A DNA stretch of 64,000 nucleotides from an uncultured Gammaproteobacteria bacterium (lineage in GTDB: Bacteria > Patescibacteriota > Patescibacteriia > Magasanikbacterales > UBA922): assembly GCA_964522435.1 (NCBI GenBank), contig CAZFUL010000003.1, positions 57,542 through 121,541 of the forward strand, written 5' to 3'. The notes under the pieces were generated by a model. The model was not told the origin of the DNA, did no database searches, and saw only the letters and a list, made by a program, of their open reading frames with translations. Position 1 is the first letter of the stretch, and each line of letters opens with the position of its first letter. This document shows, in pieces, positions 55,824 through 64,000 of the stretch. The position numbers and the translations under genes were made by a program.

Positions 55824-55935
55824 AAAAAAAGAGTTAAAAGGCTTAAGGGGAGTACAGAGCACTGAGCTATTGCTCTCTATTCCTATTGAGCCTTTTTTTG
55901 TATCTAAAAACCGGCTTTTGGCCAGTTCTTTGCTT

Positions 55936-55964
55936 AGTATAGGGAAAAATATCTTGTTTGTCAA
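55936..55964 (-). promoter_or_regulatory. Promoter of secE-nusG-rplK
   Basis: TTGACA-17-TATACT. Confidence 0.85.
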
Positions 55965-56001
55965 TATGGGAGGAGGGGATAACCTCATACATTGGTGTTA
56001 T

Positions 56002-56445
56002 TTAATCGGTGCTTACGGGAAAGCTATTTGCTATATCCTTAAATGTCGTATATCGGATAATTGAAGGAAGATTCCATTCTTTATTGGCCGGATTTTCTGA
56101 GAACAAGGCTTCGGTATAAGGAATTGAGAGACTTTGTTCTATTGCCATAATGGTTGGCTTACCCATACCAGCAAAGTACCCTGCGTCCCAGCCTCGGCCT
56201 TCGCTACTATCATCGGTCGGAAATAGACAAAGGGCGACATCGCATTGTTTACACAATGCATATGCCTGTCGCACTGCTTCTGATTTTGACAGGACATTTG
56301 TATCCAAATTCCACCCTTGAATATTGCTAATCATGGTAACTACTTCATGGCCATTATTTTCTAATAATACAACTAGCTCATTGAGTTGTTTTTTCAATGT
56401 CTCTAAATCAGCACCGCGAAATTTATAGGCTAACCAAATTTTCAT
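56002..56445 (-). CDS. Nucleoside 2-deoxyribosyltransferase-like protein
   Basis: KIWLAY.F; CD..L; S.G..WDAGY...MGKP flavodoxin-like pattern. Confidence 0.7.
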   Translation of the reverse strand: MKIWLAYKFRGADLETLKKQLNELVVLLENNGHEVVTMISNIQGWNLDTNVLSKSEAVRQAYALCKQCDVALCLFPTDDSSEGRGWDAGYFAGMGKPTIMAIEQSLSIPYTEALFSENPANKEWNLPSIIRYTTFKDIANSFPVSTD

Positions 56446-56539
56446 AGGTTCTTTTATTGTATATAGTAATCCAATTTATAGCCGCACGCAACAAATAAAA
56501 AACACCCCATATTTGGGGTGTCGTTTATTATGATAGGAT

Positions 56540-58597
56540 TTAGATATCCAAATTCTTCACTGCTTTCGCATGTGTTTGAATAAACTTTTTGCGAGGGACA
56601 ACGTCGCTGCCCATAAGAATATCAAAGATTTCACTGGCTTTTTCTGCGTCTTCAATCACCACTTGTTTCACCACACGGCTTTCTGGATTCATGGTTGTTT
56701 CCCACAATTGTTCTGGGTTCATTTCTCCCAACCCTTTATAACGTTGGATGTTGAGTTTGGATTTACTTGCCGCCTTTGTTTCTACCACAGCTTTTTCTTC
56801 GGTGTCTTCCGTTTCAGAACCTTCTTCATAATTCACTTCCAAATCTTCACTTTTTACACCGTACTTTTGTTTAAAGGTTTCCAAATCATGTTCATTATAT
56901 ATCCAGGTCATTTCTTTTCCTTGTTTAATACTAAACAGGGGAGGCTGGGCAATATATAAGTGTCCCATATTAATAACATCTGGGAAGTAGCGGAAGAACA
57001 AGGTTAACAGCAGGGTACGAATGTGAGATCCGTCCACGTCCGCATCGGTCATGATAATAATTTTGTGATAGCGGAGTTTACTTAAATCAAACATTTCGCC
57101 AATGTTGGTACCCATGGCAATAATCAAAGATTTCAACTCATTATTAGTTAAAATTTTATCCAAGCGTGCTCGTTCTACATTTAATACTTTTCCACGCAGT
57201 GGCAAAATGGCTTGGGTTTCTCGGTCGCGTCCTTGTTTGGCACTTCCACCAGCTGAGTCACCCTCTACAATGAAAATTTCTGAATTTTCTGCTTTGCGAC
57301 TAGAACAGTCGGCTAATTTTCCAGGTAGGGTAAAGCCATCGAGGGCGCCTTTGCGTAATACCGCATCACGCGCAGAGCGTGCGGCTTTGCGTGCTTTGGA
57401 CGCCAACACACATTTTCCAATAATCGCTTCACCGTCCCGAGGATTTTCTTCAAGAAAAATCATGAAGGCATCAGAAAAAACCGTATCAACGGCGGGGCGT
57501 ACTTCTGGGTTTCCTAATTTTCCTTTGGTTTGTCCTTCAAATTGAGGATCAGGAATTTTTACAGAAATAACAGCAGTTAACCCTTCGCGCACATCTTCAC
57601 CACCCAAATTATCATCTTTTTCTTTTAAAAGATTTTTTTTGCGTGCATAGGTATTAATAGCGCGAGTAAGGGCACTTCTAAATCCTGCCACATGCATCCC
57701 ACCTTCTGGATTGGTAATGTTATTGGCAAAGGGATGGAGAGATTCGGTATATTCATCGGTATATTGTAAGGCAACTTCAACAAGTACATGCTCTACTTGT
57801 TTTTCGACATAAAAGATATTGCTGTGTTTTGCTTCGCGGTTGCGGTTAATGTATTTTACATAACTCGCAATACCACCTTCAAAATAAAATTGATATTTTC
57901 CTGCTTGCTCAACAATAGCGCTACTATCGGCTTTTTTATCTTCCTCCGTACGTTCATCAGTAACCGTAATTTTTACGCCTTTGTTTAAGTAGGCTTGTTG
58001 GCGCAAATGGTCGATAATGGTTTTCCAAGAAAAATCAATGGTATCAAAAATTTTATTATCTGGTTGAAAGCTAATAATGGTCCCGCGTTTTTTGGTGGTA
58101 CCAATAGACTTTACTTTTGCTTTTGGTTTTCCGTAGGTATATTCTTGTACCCAAATTTTTCCTTCACGGTGCACTTCTGCTTTTACGTTTACTGATAACG
58201 CGTTTACGACAGAAACACCTACCCCGTGTAACCCACCAGATACTTTATAGCCGCCATCACCAAATTTTCCTCCGGCATGAAGGGTGGTTAATACGACTTC
58301 TAAGGCACTGACTTTTTTTTGTGGATGAATGTCAACAGGAATACCACGTCCATTATCTTCTACAGAGATCCAATGATCAGGGAGGAGGGTAATGGTAATT
58401 TCATTACAGTGTCCAGCCATGGCTTCGTCAAACGAATTATCCACGACTTCCCAAATCATATGGTGCAACCCCGCAGTACCTGTTGACCCAATATACATAC
58501 CCGGGCGTTTTCGCACGGCTTCGAGTCCTTCTAAGACGCTAATGCTCGCGGCGCTGTATTCACCTGGTTTTTTTGTTTTTTGTTTAGTTTCAGCCAT
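56540..58597 (-). CDS. gyrB: DNA gyrase subunit B
   Basis: VRKRPGMYIG, DNGRGIP, GGLHGVG, EGDSAGG, PLRGK, MTDADVDG, QRYKGLGEM. Confidence 0.98.
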   Translation of the reverse strand: MAETKQKTKKPGEYSAASISVLEGLEAVRKRPGMYIGSTGTAGLHHMIWEVVDNSFDEAMAGHCNEITITLLPDHWISVEDNGRGIPVDIHPQKKVSALEVVLTTLHAGGKFGDGGYKVSGGLHGVGVSVVNALSVNVKAEVHREGKIWVQEYTYGKPKAKVKSIGTTKKRGTIISFQPDNKIFDTIDFSWKTIIDHLRQQAYLNKGVKITVTDERTEEDKKADSSAIVEQAGKYQFYFEGGIASYVKYINRNREAKHSNIFYVEKQVEHVLVEVALQYTDEYTESLHPFANNITNPEGGMHVAGFRSALTRAINTYARKKNLLKEKDDNLGGEDVREGLTAVISVKIPDPQFEGQTKGKLGNPEVRPAVDTVFSDAFMIFLEENPRDGEAIIGKCVLASKARKAARSARDAVLRKGALDGFTLPGKLADCSSRKAENSEIFIVEGDSAGGSAKQGRDRETQAILPLRGKVLNVERARLDKILTNNELKSLIIAMGTNIGEMFDLSKLRYHKIIIMTDADVDGSHIRTLLLTLFFRYFPDVINMGHLYIAQPPLFSIKQGKEMTWIYNEHDLETFKQKYGVKSEDLEVNYEEGSETEDTEEKAVVETKAASKSKLNIQRYKGLGEMNPEQLWETTMNPESRVVKQVVIEDAEKASEIFDILMGSDVVPRKKFIQTHAKAVKNLDI

Positions 58598-58728
58598 ACA
58601 TTAATCATACAAAATAATACAGGCCTATAGTACCACAGGGGAGGTTGGCTCACAAGAGGACGATGAAGAGGTGCGGGGAGAGGCATTTTGGTGTATACTA
58701 TGTAGGGATATTAGTAACATATTTTCTC

Positions 58729-59646
58729 ATGTCTCTTTTTTCTAAAAAACCTAAAGACCCGCTTTTTCGCTACCAAGACCCAACAGGTGAATTTGATAAT
58801 CGCCAGTTAACGAGAGGGTTATGGTTTGCCAAACATCGCGAACAATTGCGTAAAGCTCTTATTATAACCGCCATTATTTGGTGTGTGTTGAGTGTGGGTG
58901 GAAGTGTTGTCCTTTGGATAAAATATGTGAGCTACGATCTTTGGATTGATAACGCGGCTCTTATTCGGCAAACACAGGAATTTACCAATTTTACCGAGGT
59001 GCAAGAACAATATCGCGCCCTTCCATTACAATTTGCTCCAAGTCAGGTATTTCAAAGTAATAGTAACCGCTATGATTTTGTCACACCCGTAAAAAATGAC
59101 AATGAGCGTTTTTTGGCACGCGTGTTTTATCATTATGAATATGCAGGGGGAGAAACCCCAGCGCAGACAATACTCTTATTACCATCAAGCGAGGCGGTGC
59201 TTATTGCTTTAGGACAAGAGACCGGCAGCGGGTTTCCTTCTCAAGCTCGCTTGGTTATTGATGATATTCGTTGGAAACGGATTAATCCACATGTGATTGC
59301 TGATATCGAGCAGTATACAAAAGATCACCTCATGATTCCCATGAGTGACTTTGTGTTTCAACCAGAACAAATAGCTCAAGGGTTATTTCATTCAGAAGTT
59401 TCTTTTACTATAACTAATAATACCGCGTATTCGTACTGGGAAATGCCTATCCAAGTGGTATTATTTCGCGGCCAAAATATGGTTGGCGTGTTATATACCT
59501 TGTTGCCAGAATTTTTATCTGGGGAGCAACGTCGGATAGAGTTATTTACTCCTGCACCATTATCTTCTGTGGATAGTATTGAGCTCCATCCTATTATCAA
59601 TATTTTTGATCCATCGGTATATATTGACGTGGGTACGAATATATAA
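58729..59646 (+). CDS. Membrane-anchored protein with two Ig-like domains
   Basis: One TM then beta-rich domains; directly upstream of rodA. Confidence 0.7.
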   Translation: MSLFSKKPKDPLFRYQDPTGEFDNRQLTRGLWFAKHREQLRKALIITAIIWCVLSVGGSVVLWIKYVSYDLWIDNAALIRQTQEFTNFTEVQEQYRALPLQFAPSQVFQSNSNRYDFVTPVKNDNERFLARVFYHYEYAGGETPAQTILLLPSSEAVLIALGQETGSGFPSQARLVIDDIRWKRINPHVIADIEQYTKDHLMIPMSDFVFQPEQIAQGLFHSEVSFTITNNTAYSYWEMPIQVVLFRGQNMVGVLYTLLPEFLSGEQRRIELFTPAPLSSVDSIELHPIINIFDPSVYIDVGTNI

Positions 59647-59693
59647 TCTGTTGTGTTGCAAGCTGCTCCAAGTCAGGGTAGTATAGTGACGAT

Positions 59694-60800
59694 ATGCATC
59701 GTCTATTTTTATTTTTAAAATTATTTGATTGGGTATTATTGTTACCCGTTTTTTTGTTATCTATTATTGGCCTATCTGCGATTTATAGTATTGATATTTC
59801 TCGCAACGACACGCTTATTTTTTTTCCGACGCAATCCATTGCATTGGGTTTGGGAATGATGACTGTTATGATAGCGACGCTTATTCATAAAACGCGCTAC
59901 GAGTCATTGGCAAAAATTGGGTATATTATTGGCTTAGTGTTATTAGTGTCTGTATTATTTTTTGGGGTAACCATTCGTGGAACAACCGGATGGTTTCGGT
60001 TGGCTGGATTTTCTTTTCAACCAGCAGAAGTTGCAAAAATTTCTTTAATTTTATTATTGGCTTGGCTTATTCAAAAACAGGGTAGACGGTTTGAAAAAAT
60101 GGAGTTTGTGGTTTCGAGTATCTTTGCGGTAGGATTTTATGCTGGGCTTATACTCTTGCAGCCGGATTTAGGGTCAACGTTAGTATTGGGGGGTATTTGG
60201 TTTGGGTTATTATTGGCTGCAGGTATTCCTAAAAAATATATTATTACCTTTATCAGTATCGCCCTTTTCGTCGCCAGTTGTGCCTGGCTATTTTTATTCC
60301 AGGATTACCAAAAAGAACGGGTACTCACCTTTTTGCATCCTGAGCGTGACCCCCTTGGCAGTGGCTATAATGTCAATCAATCGTTGATTGCTATAGGATC
60401 TGGCCAGTTATTTGGGCGTGGGTTAGGATTTGGTTCACAAAGCCAGCTGCACTTTTTACCAGAAGCCCAAACAGATTTTATTATTGCGGTTATTGGCGAA
60501 GAATTGGGCTTTGTGGGCTTATGTGTCGTATTGCTGTTGTTTTATCTCTTATTATGGCGCTTGCTCTGGTTAAGTCAACGAGTAAAAGATGATTTTTCTT
60601 CGTATACCCTTATTGGGATTGCCTGCTTATTTTTTATCCAGCTGAGCGTGAATATTGGGGGAGCCACCGGATTGTTACCGGTTACGGGGGTTACCTTGCC
60701 GTTTGTGAGTTATGGGGGATCATCTATATTGATTAATTATGCCTTAATTGGCATTGCGGGGAGTATTGCACAAAGTAATGCTCGCTTTCGTCTATCCTAG
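59694..60800 (+). CDS. rodA: SEDS-family peptidoglycan glycosyltransferase RodA
   Basis: FQPAE.AK, QPDLGS, YQKER, GYNV.QS.IAIGSG, LPEAQTDF, GVTLPFVSYGGS. Confidence 0.93.
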   Translation: MHRLFLFLKLFDWVLLLPVFLLSIIGLSAIYSIDISRNDTLIFFPTQSIALGLGMMTVMIATLIHKTRYESLAKIGYIIGLVLLVSVLFFGVTIRGTTGWFRLAGFSFQPAEVAKISLILLLAWLIQKQGRRFEKMEFVVSSIFAVGFYAGLILLQPDLGSTLVLGGIWFGLLLAAGIPKKYIITFISIALFVASCAWLFLFQDYQKERVLTFLHPERDPLGSGYNVNQSLIAIGSGQLFGRGLGFGSQSQLHFLPEAQTDFIIAVIGEELGFVGLCVVLLLFYLLLWRLLWLSQRVKDDFSSYTLIGIACLFFIQLSVNIGGATGLLPVTGVTLPFVSYGGSSILINYALIGIAGSIAQSNARFRLS

Positions 60801-60860
60801 AAGACTTGTCTGATTACGATAAAAAGGGTATAGTATGAATGTATCGTATAGCGTCTCTTC

Positions 60861-60889
60861 TTGACAGACCTACGTTGTTTTGTTATTAT
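60861..60889 (+). promoter_or_regulatory. Promoter of the Zn-protein/rplY operon
   Basis: TTGACA-17-TATTAT with TG extended -10; ATG 12 nt after the -10. Confidence 0.78.
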
Positions 60890-60901
60890 TTGCCCGCTAC
60901 T

Positions 60902-61267
60902 ATGAGTCAGCAACAACCCTCACAACCTGGGGCTCAAGCATCATCTTTTTTGCCAAAAATGATACAGCAGTGTCCTTTATGCACAAAAGAATATGCACAG
61001 ACCGATGTGCTCTTGGTTGGAGAAGCAGATGGAACACAGCTTATTCATATTACTTGCCCGTCTTGTAAGCATGCGATTGTTGCTTTAATCGTATTATCAC
61101 AAGTAGGAGTAAGTTCTATTGGTATGTTAACTGACTTAAACGCACAAGAATTACGTCGTTTATTGCACAAAACACCTATAGCCGATACAACGGTACTGGG
61201 CTTTCACGATCTTCTTGTAAAACAACCCTCACATTTGATTTATTTACTTTCACAGCAAACCGTATGA
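60902..61267 (+). CDS. Hypothetical Cys4 zinc-ribbon protein
   Basis: CPLC...HITCPSC...GMLTDL; ATGA-coupled to rplY. Confidence 0.8.
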   Translation: MSQQQPSQPGAQASSFLPKMIQQCPLCTKEYAQTDVLLVGEADGTQLIHITCPSCKHAIVALIVLSQVGVSSIGMLTDLNAQELRRLLHKTPIADTTVLGFHDLLVKQPSHLIYLLSQQTV

Positions 61268-61920
61268 ATCTAACGCTGAACGCACAAAAACGTATTGGAA
61301 AAGTTGAAGCTATTCGTGCACAAGGAAATATTCCTGCCGTTGTGTATGGTCCTCATATGGAGGCAATGTCTTTTTCTGTTGATGCATCAACCTTTAACAA
61401 AATTTACCAAGAAGCAGGGGAATCAACCTTGATTAATTTGTCTATTGATGGAGCAGAACCACTCATGGTGTTGATCCAAGACATTCAAGTAGATCCTGTA
61501 AAAAGAACCATTATCCATGCTGATTTTCGTCATGTAACCATGGGAGAAGAAATGGATGTTACAATCCCATTGGTATTTGTTGGCGTTTCTCTTGCCGAAA
61601 AAGAACAAGGTGGTACCTTATTGAAACCAAAAGAAGAGCTCAATGTTCGTTGTTTACCACAAAATTTGGTGGACCACATTGATATTGATTTAAGTGTGTT
61701 AAAAACCTTTAGTGATGCAATTCATGTAAGCGATATCGTGCTTCCTCCAGGGTTAACCGTATTAGATGGTGCAGAAGAAATGATCGCTACGGTGAACCCA
61801 CCATTATCTGCAGATCAACTTGCTGCCTTAGAACAACCCGTTGACGTAAGTCTAGACAAGATTGAAGTAGAAGCAAAAGGCAAGAAAGAAGAAGAAAGTG
61901 CTGATGCTGACAAAAAATAA
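61264..61920 (+). CDS. rplY: 50S ribosomal protein L25/Ctc
   Basis: IPAVVYG, Q.DPV...IIHADF, beta domain, acidic tail. Confidence 0.96.
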   Translation: MNLTLNAQKRIGKVEAIRAQGNIPAVVYGPHMEAMSFSVDASTFNKIYQEAGESTLINLSIDGAEPLMVLIQDIQVDPVKRTIIHADFRHVTMGEEMDVTIPLVFVGVSLAEKEQGGTLLKPKEELNVRCLPQNLVDHIDIDLSVLKTFSDAIHVSDIVLPPGLTVLDGAEEMIATVNPPLSADQLAALEQPVDVSLDKIEVEAKGKKEEESADADKK

Positions 61921-61930
61921 GTATACAAAT

Positions 61931-61958
61931 AAACACCCCGATTGAATCGGGGTGTTTT
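61931..61958 (+). terminator. Terminator with exact CCCCGATTGAATCGGGG
   Basis: AAACA-CCCCGATTGAATCGGGG-TGTTTT. Confidence 0.88.
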
Positions 61959-62000
61959 GTTATTGTCAAAAACAGTATGATTCGGTATTATTGATTCACT

Positions 62001-63086
62001 ATGAAAAAACACATTCTTTCTTTTATAAAAAGTATTCCACAAACAACCTGGCTCTATGTGTTTGCTGGGGTAATTATAAGTATTGCTCTTGGATTGATTG
62101 CGTGGTTTTGGTATCAGTCTGTTCATGAAAAAGCACGCGAGGTGATTACCTTTGATGAGCCACAAGGGAATAGTAGTTCAACGGCCTATTGTGAATTTTC
62201 TCATGTATTGGATGGTGTTTGTGTCGCGTCTGTGGAAGAACAACAAACTCGTATTATTGGGGTCATGGTAGAAAACCATTATGAAGCACAACCTCTTGCT
62301 GGGATTGCGGCGGCTTCTCTTGTGTATGAATCTCCTGTTGAAGGAGGGATTCCTCGCTTATTTGCGGTATACAAAGAAGGAACTGTTGTGGCAAAAGTTG
62401 GTCCGGTGCGCAGTGCGCGTGCGTATTACCTTGATTGGTTGGCAGAATATGGCAGTGCGATGTATATGCATGTGGGCGGCTCACCTGAGGCCATTGATCT
62501 TATTGAAAAGCGACAAGTATTTGACCTCAACGAATTTTATCGTGGTTGGTATTATTATCGCAGTGATGATAGGTCTGCTCCTCATAATGTTTACAGCAAT
62601 AGTGAATTATGGGAATCTGCCTTAGCACGCTATGCCCCGTCTACGACGGAGCCATTTGTTGGTTGGAGCTTTCGCCACATAGATGCGTGTACCAATGCCT
62701 GTACGAAGGGAGTCGATATTATATATGGCGGTGGCTATGATGTATCATGGCAATTTAATTCAAGTACGAAACAATATGACCGTCGGCAGTTTGGTAAATT
62801 TCATCGTGATCAAGACGGAACGCCCTATGTTGCGGATACCGTCTTGATTCAAGAAGTAGAGGCAAAGGTATTAGATGATATTGGCCGCTTGGGAATCGAA
62901 ACAATGGGTTCTGGAAAAGGGTATATATTACGAGATGGATTTTTATTTGATGCGACTTGGCGTAAAGAGTCTCTTACCCAAAGAACCCGATGGTATGATG
63001 AACAGGATCAAGAAATTTCCTTAAAACCTGGGAAAATTTGGGTGGAGATTGTAACGAAATTTCAGAGAGTGGAGATAGTAGAATAA
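62001..63086 (+). CDS. DUF3048 (YerB-like) protein
   Basis: VMVEN...A.P, YE..VEGGI.R, GPVRSAR.Y, HVGGS, APHNVY, PGKIWVE. Confidence 0.9.
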   Translation: MKKHILSFIKSIPQTTWLYVFAGVIISIALGLIAWFWYQSVHEKAREVITFDEPQGNSSSTAYCEFSHVLDGVCVASVEEQQTRIIGVMVENHYEAQPLAGIAAASLVYESPVEGGIPRLFAVYKEGTVVAKVGPVRSARAYYLDWLAEYGSAMYMHVGGSPEAIDLIEKRQVFDLNEFYRGWYYYRSDDRSAPHNVYSNSELWESALARYAPSTTEPFVGWSFRHIDACTNACTKGVDIIYGGGYDVSWQFNSSTKQYDRRQFGKFHRDQDGTPYVADTVLIQEVEAKVLDDIGRLGIETMGSGKGYILRDGFLFDATWRKESLTQRTRWYDEQDQEISLKPGKIWVEIVTKFQRVEIVE

Positions 63087-63116
63087 AAAAAATTCCGAGG
63101 TACCTCGGAATTTTTT
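63085..63116. terminator. Bidirectional terminator
   Basis: AAAAAAATTCCGAGGTACCTCGGAATTTTTT palindrome. Confidence 0.85.
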
Positions 63117-63138
63117 ATGTATCATATATTCATGCGAG

Positions 63139-64000
63139 TTATCCAATCATTTTCTTAAACTCTTCGACCATCGGGACTTGTTCTGATTCCAAGCCATAGT
63201 GTGCTGCAATTGCGACCGCTGTCCAATCTGCTAACAATAGTGATTGAAATATTTTTTGTTGTACTGTTGATCCTTCTAACAAAATACTCTCTACGGCTAA
63301 GCCCCGTTTTTTATATAACTTCTTCATGACCGCCATGCGTTGTTGATTTTTTGGGTGATCAGTTTTATCTTCTAAAAATAAAAAGATGAATGATTTGGAT
63401 AGATGCGCGCTTGACGCTGCCACATCAAAGCCGGTCATTTCATTATGATTGAGTTCTGGAAATATATTATAGAATGCAGGAATTTTTCCTGTTTCATTGA
63501 GTTTAATTTTCCAGTTGTAGGCAACGGCCAGATTGGCTTTTGAACTATATATAACAGGAACTCGATCCACTAATTTTTTTGCCAGTGCTTTTCCTTTTGC
63601 TTCCCATTTTTTTGGTTGAAGGGTTTTATGAAGGGATTGAAGTTCTTTTGCTAATTTGCTTTCTCCCATAAGAGCAAGAAGGCCAACAACACTAAATCCC
63701 AAGGCACTGCGTGGTTGAATACCCGTGTTCGGTACTTGAATATAGGCTAACTTTTTTTGCTTTGCGATATCAATCATTTTTCCCCCAACCGAAATAACCG
63801 CAACCGCTAATTTTTGTTTGAGTGCAAGCTGTAGTCCTTCAAGTACTTCTTCTGTATTCCCCGAGTATGAACTAGCAATAATCAAGCTGTCTTGTAACTC
63901 TTGTTTTGATAGGGAGGGTAAGCCGTAGTCGCTATACACCATAAGAGGAAGTGTTGGTTTTATGGCAGCAATCACATCCGCGCCTAAATGAGATCCGCCC
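63139..64000 (-). CDS. Bifunctional phosphoglucose/phosphomannose isomerase (SIS domain), 5'-truncated by the window
   Basis: GGSHLG at the window edge, SYSGNTEE, QPRSA, K..LNE.GK, PELNHNE. Confidence 0.92.
   Translation of the reverse strand, partial: GGSHLGADVIAAIKPTLPLMVYSDYGLPSLSKQELQDSLIIASSYSGNTEEVLEGLQLALKQKLAVAVISVGGKMIDIAKQKKLAYIQVPNTGIQPRSALGFSVVGLLALMGESKLAKELQSLHKTLQPKKWEAKGKALAKKLVDRVPVIYSSKANLAVAYNWKIKLNETGKIPAFYNIFPELNHNEMTGFDVAASSAHLSKSFIFLFLEDKTDHPKNQQRMAVMKKLYKKRGLAVESILLEGSTVQQKIFQSLLLADWTAVAIAAHYGLESEQVPMVEEFKKMIG

Noticed and set aside
55861-55876. AGAGCAATAGCTCAGT resembling a tRNA 5' end upstream of secE (possible tRNA-Trp relic)
   Set aside because: Only 16 nt, with no anticodon arm or T-arm; chance cannot be excluded
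56540-58597. gyrB without gyrA, and gatB without gatCA
   Set aside because: Dispersed housekeeping operons are common; the partners probably lie outside the window
1-64000. CRISPR array, prophage, integrase or IS element
   Set aside because: I saw no regularly spaced repeat-spacer units and no recombinase, transposase or virion gene set, including next to the tRNAs
1-64000. Recoded TGA (genetic code 25)
   Set aside because: Conserved genes are full length under code 11, and TGA acts as a stop in ATGA overlaps (miaB/miaA, ALS/ALDH, thyA/folA)

Overview
64-kb core-chromosome segment of a low-GC bacterium that uses the standard genetic code. It most likely belongs to the Patescibacteria (CPR; Parcubacteria-like), inferred from very short and mostly SD-less leaders, a compact ThrS, a lone gatB and gyrB, a minor pilin plus PilB, LTD and Cys-rich surface proteins, and many orphans. 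Contents: rpsF-ssb-rpsR; a 4-gene surface-protein cluster; a CPA2 K+ antiporter; seven tRNAs; a ThDP 2-oxoacid decarboxylase/ALDH pair; epmA-efp; transketolase; ruvB; class Ia nrdAB with NrdR boxes and a DnaA box; uppS; pilB; T-box-thrS; miaB-miaA; gatB; a dTTP-synthesis operon; secE-nusG-rplK separated from rplA; gyrB; rodA; rplY; and a partial PGI/PMI. I saw no CRISPR array, integrase, transposase or prophage. The most interesting unexplained signals are: a promoter-hairpin-terminator unit that looks like an unannotated ~75-nt sRNA (16891-17000); an identical 17-bp palindrome after four translation genes; several long rod-like intergenic hairpins, including a possibly switchable one after nrdB; a T-box riboswitch; a putative WxL/DUF916-like surface-assembly cluster; and a PilB lacking its Cys4 motif next to a baseplate-J-like gene. 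All family assignments come from motif recognition; no database search was run.
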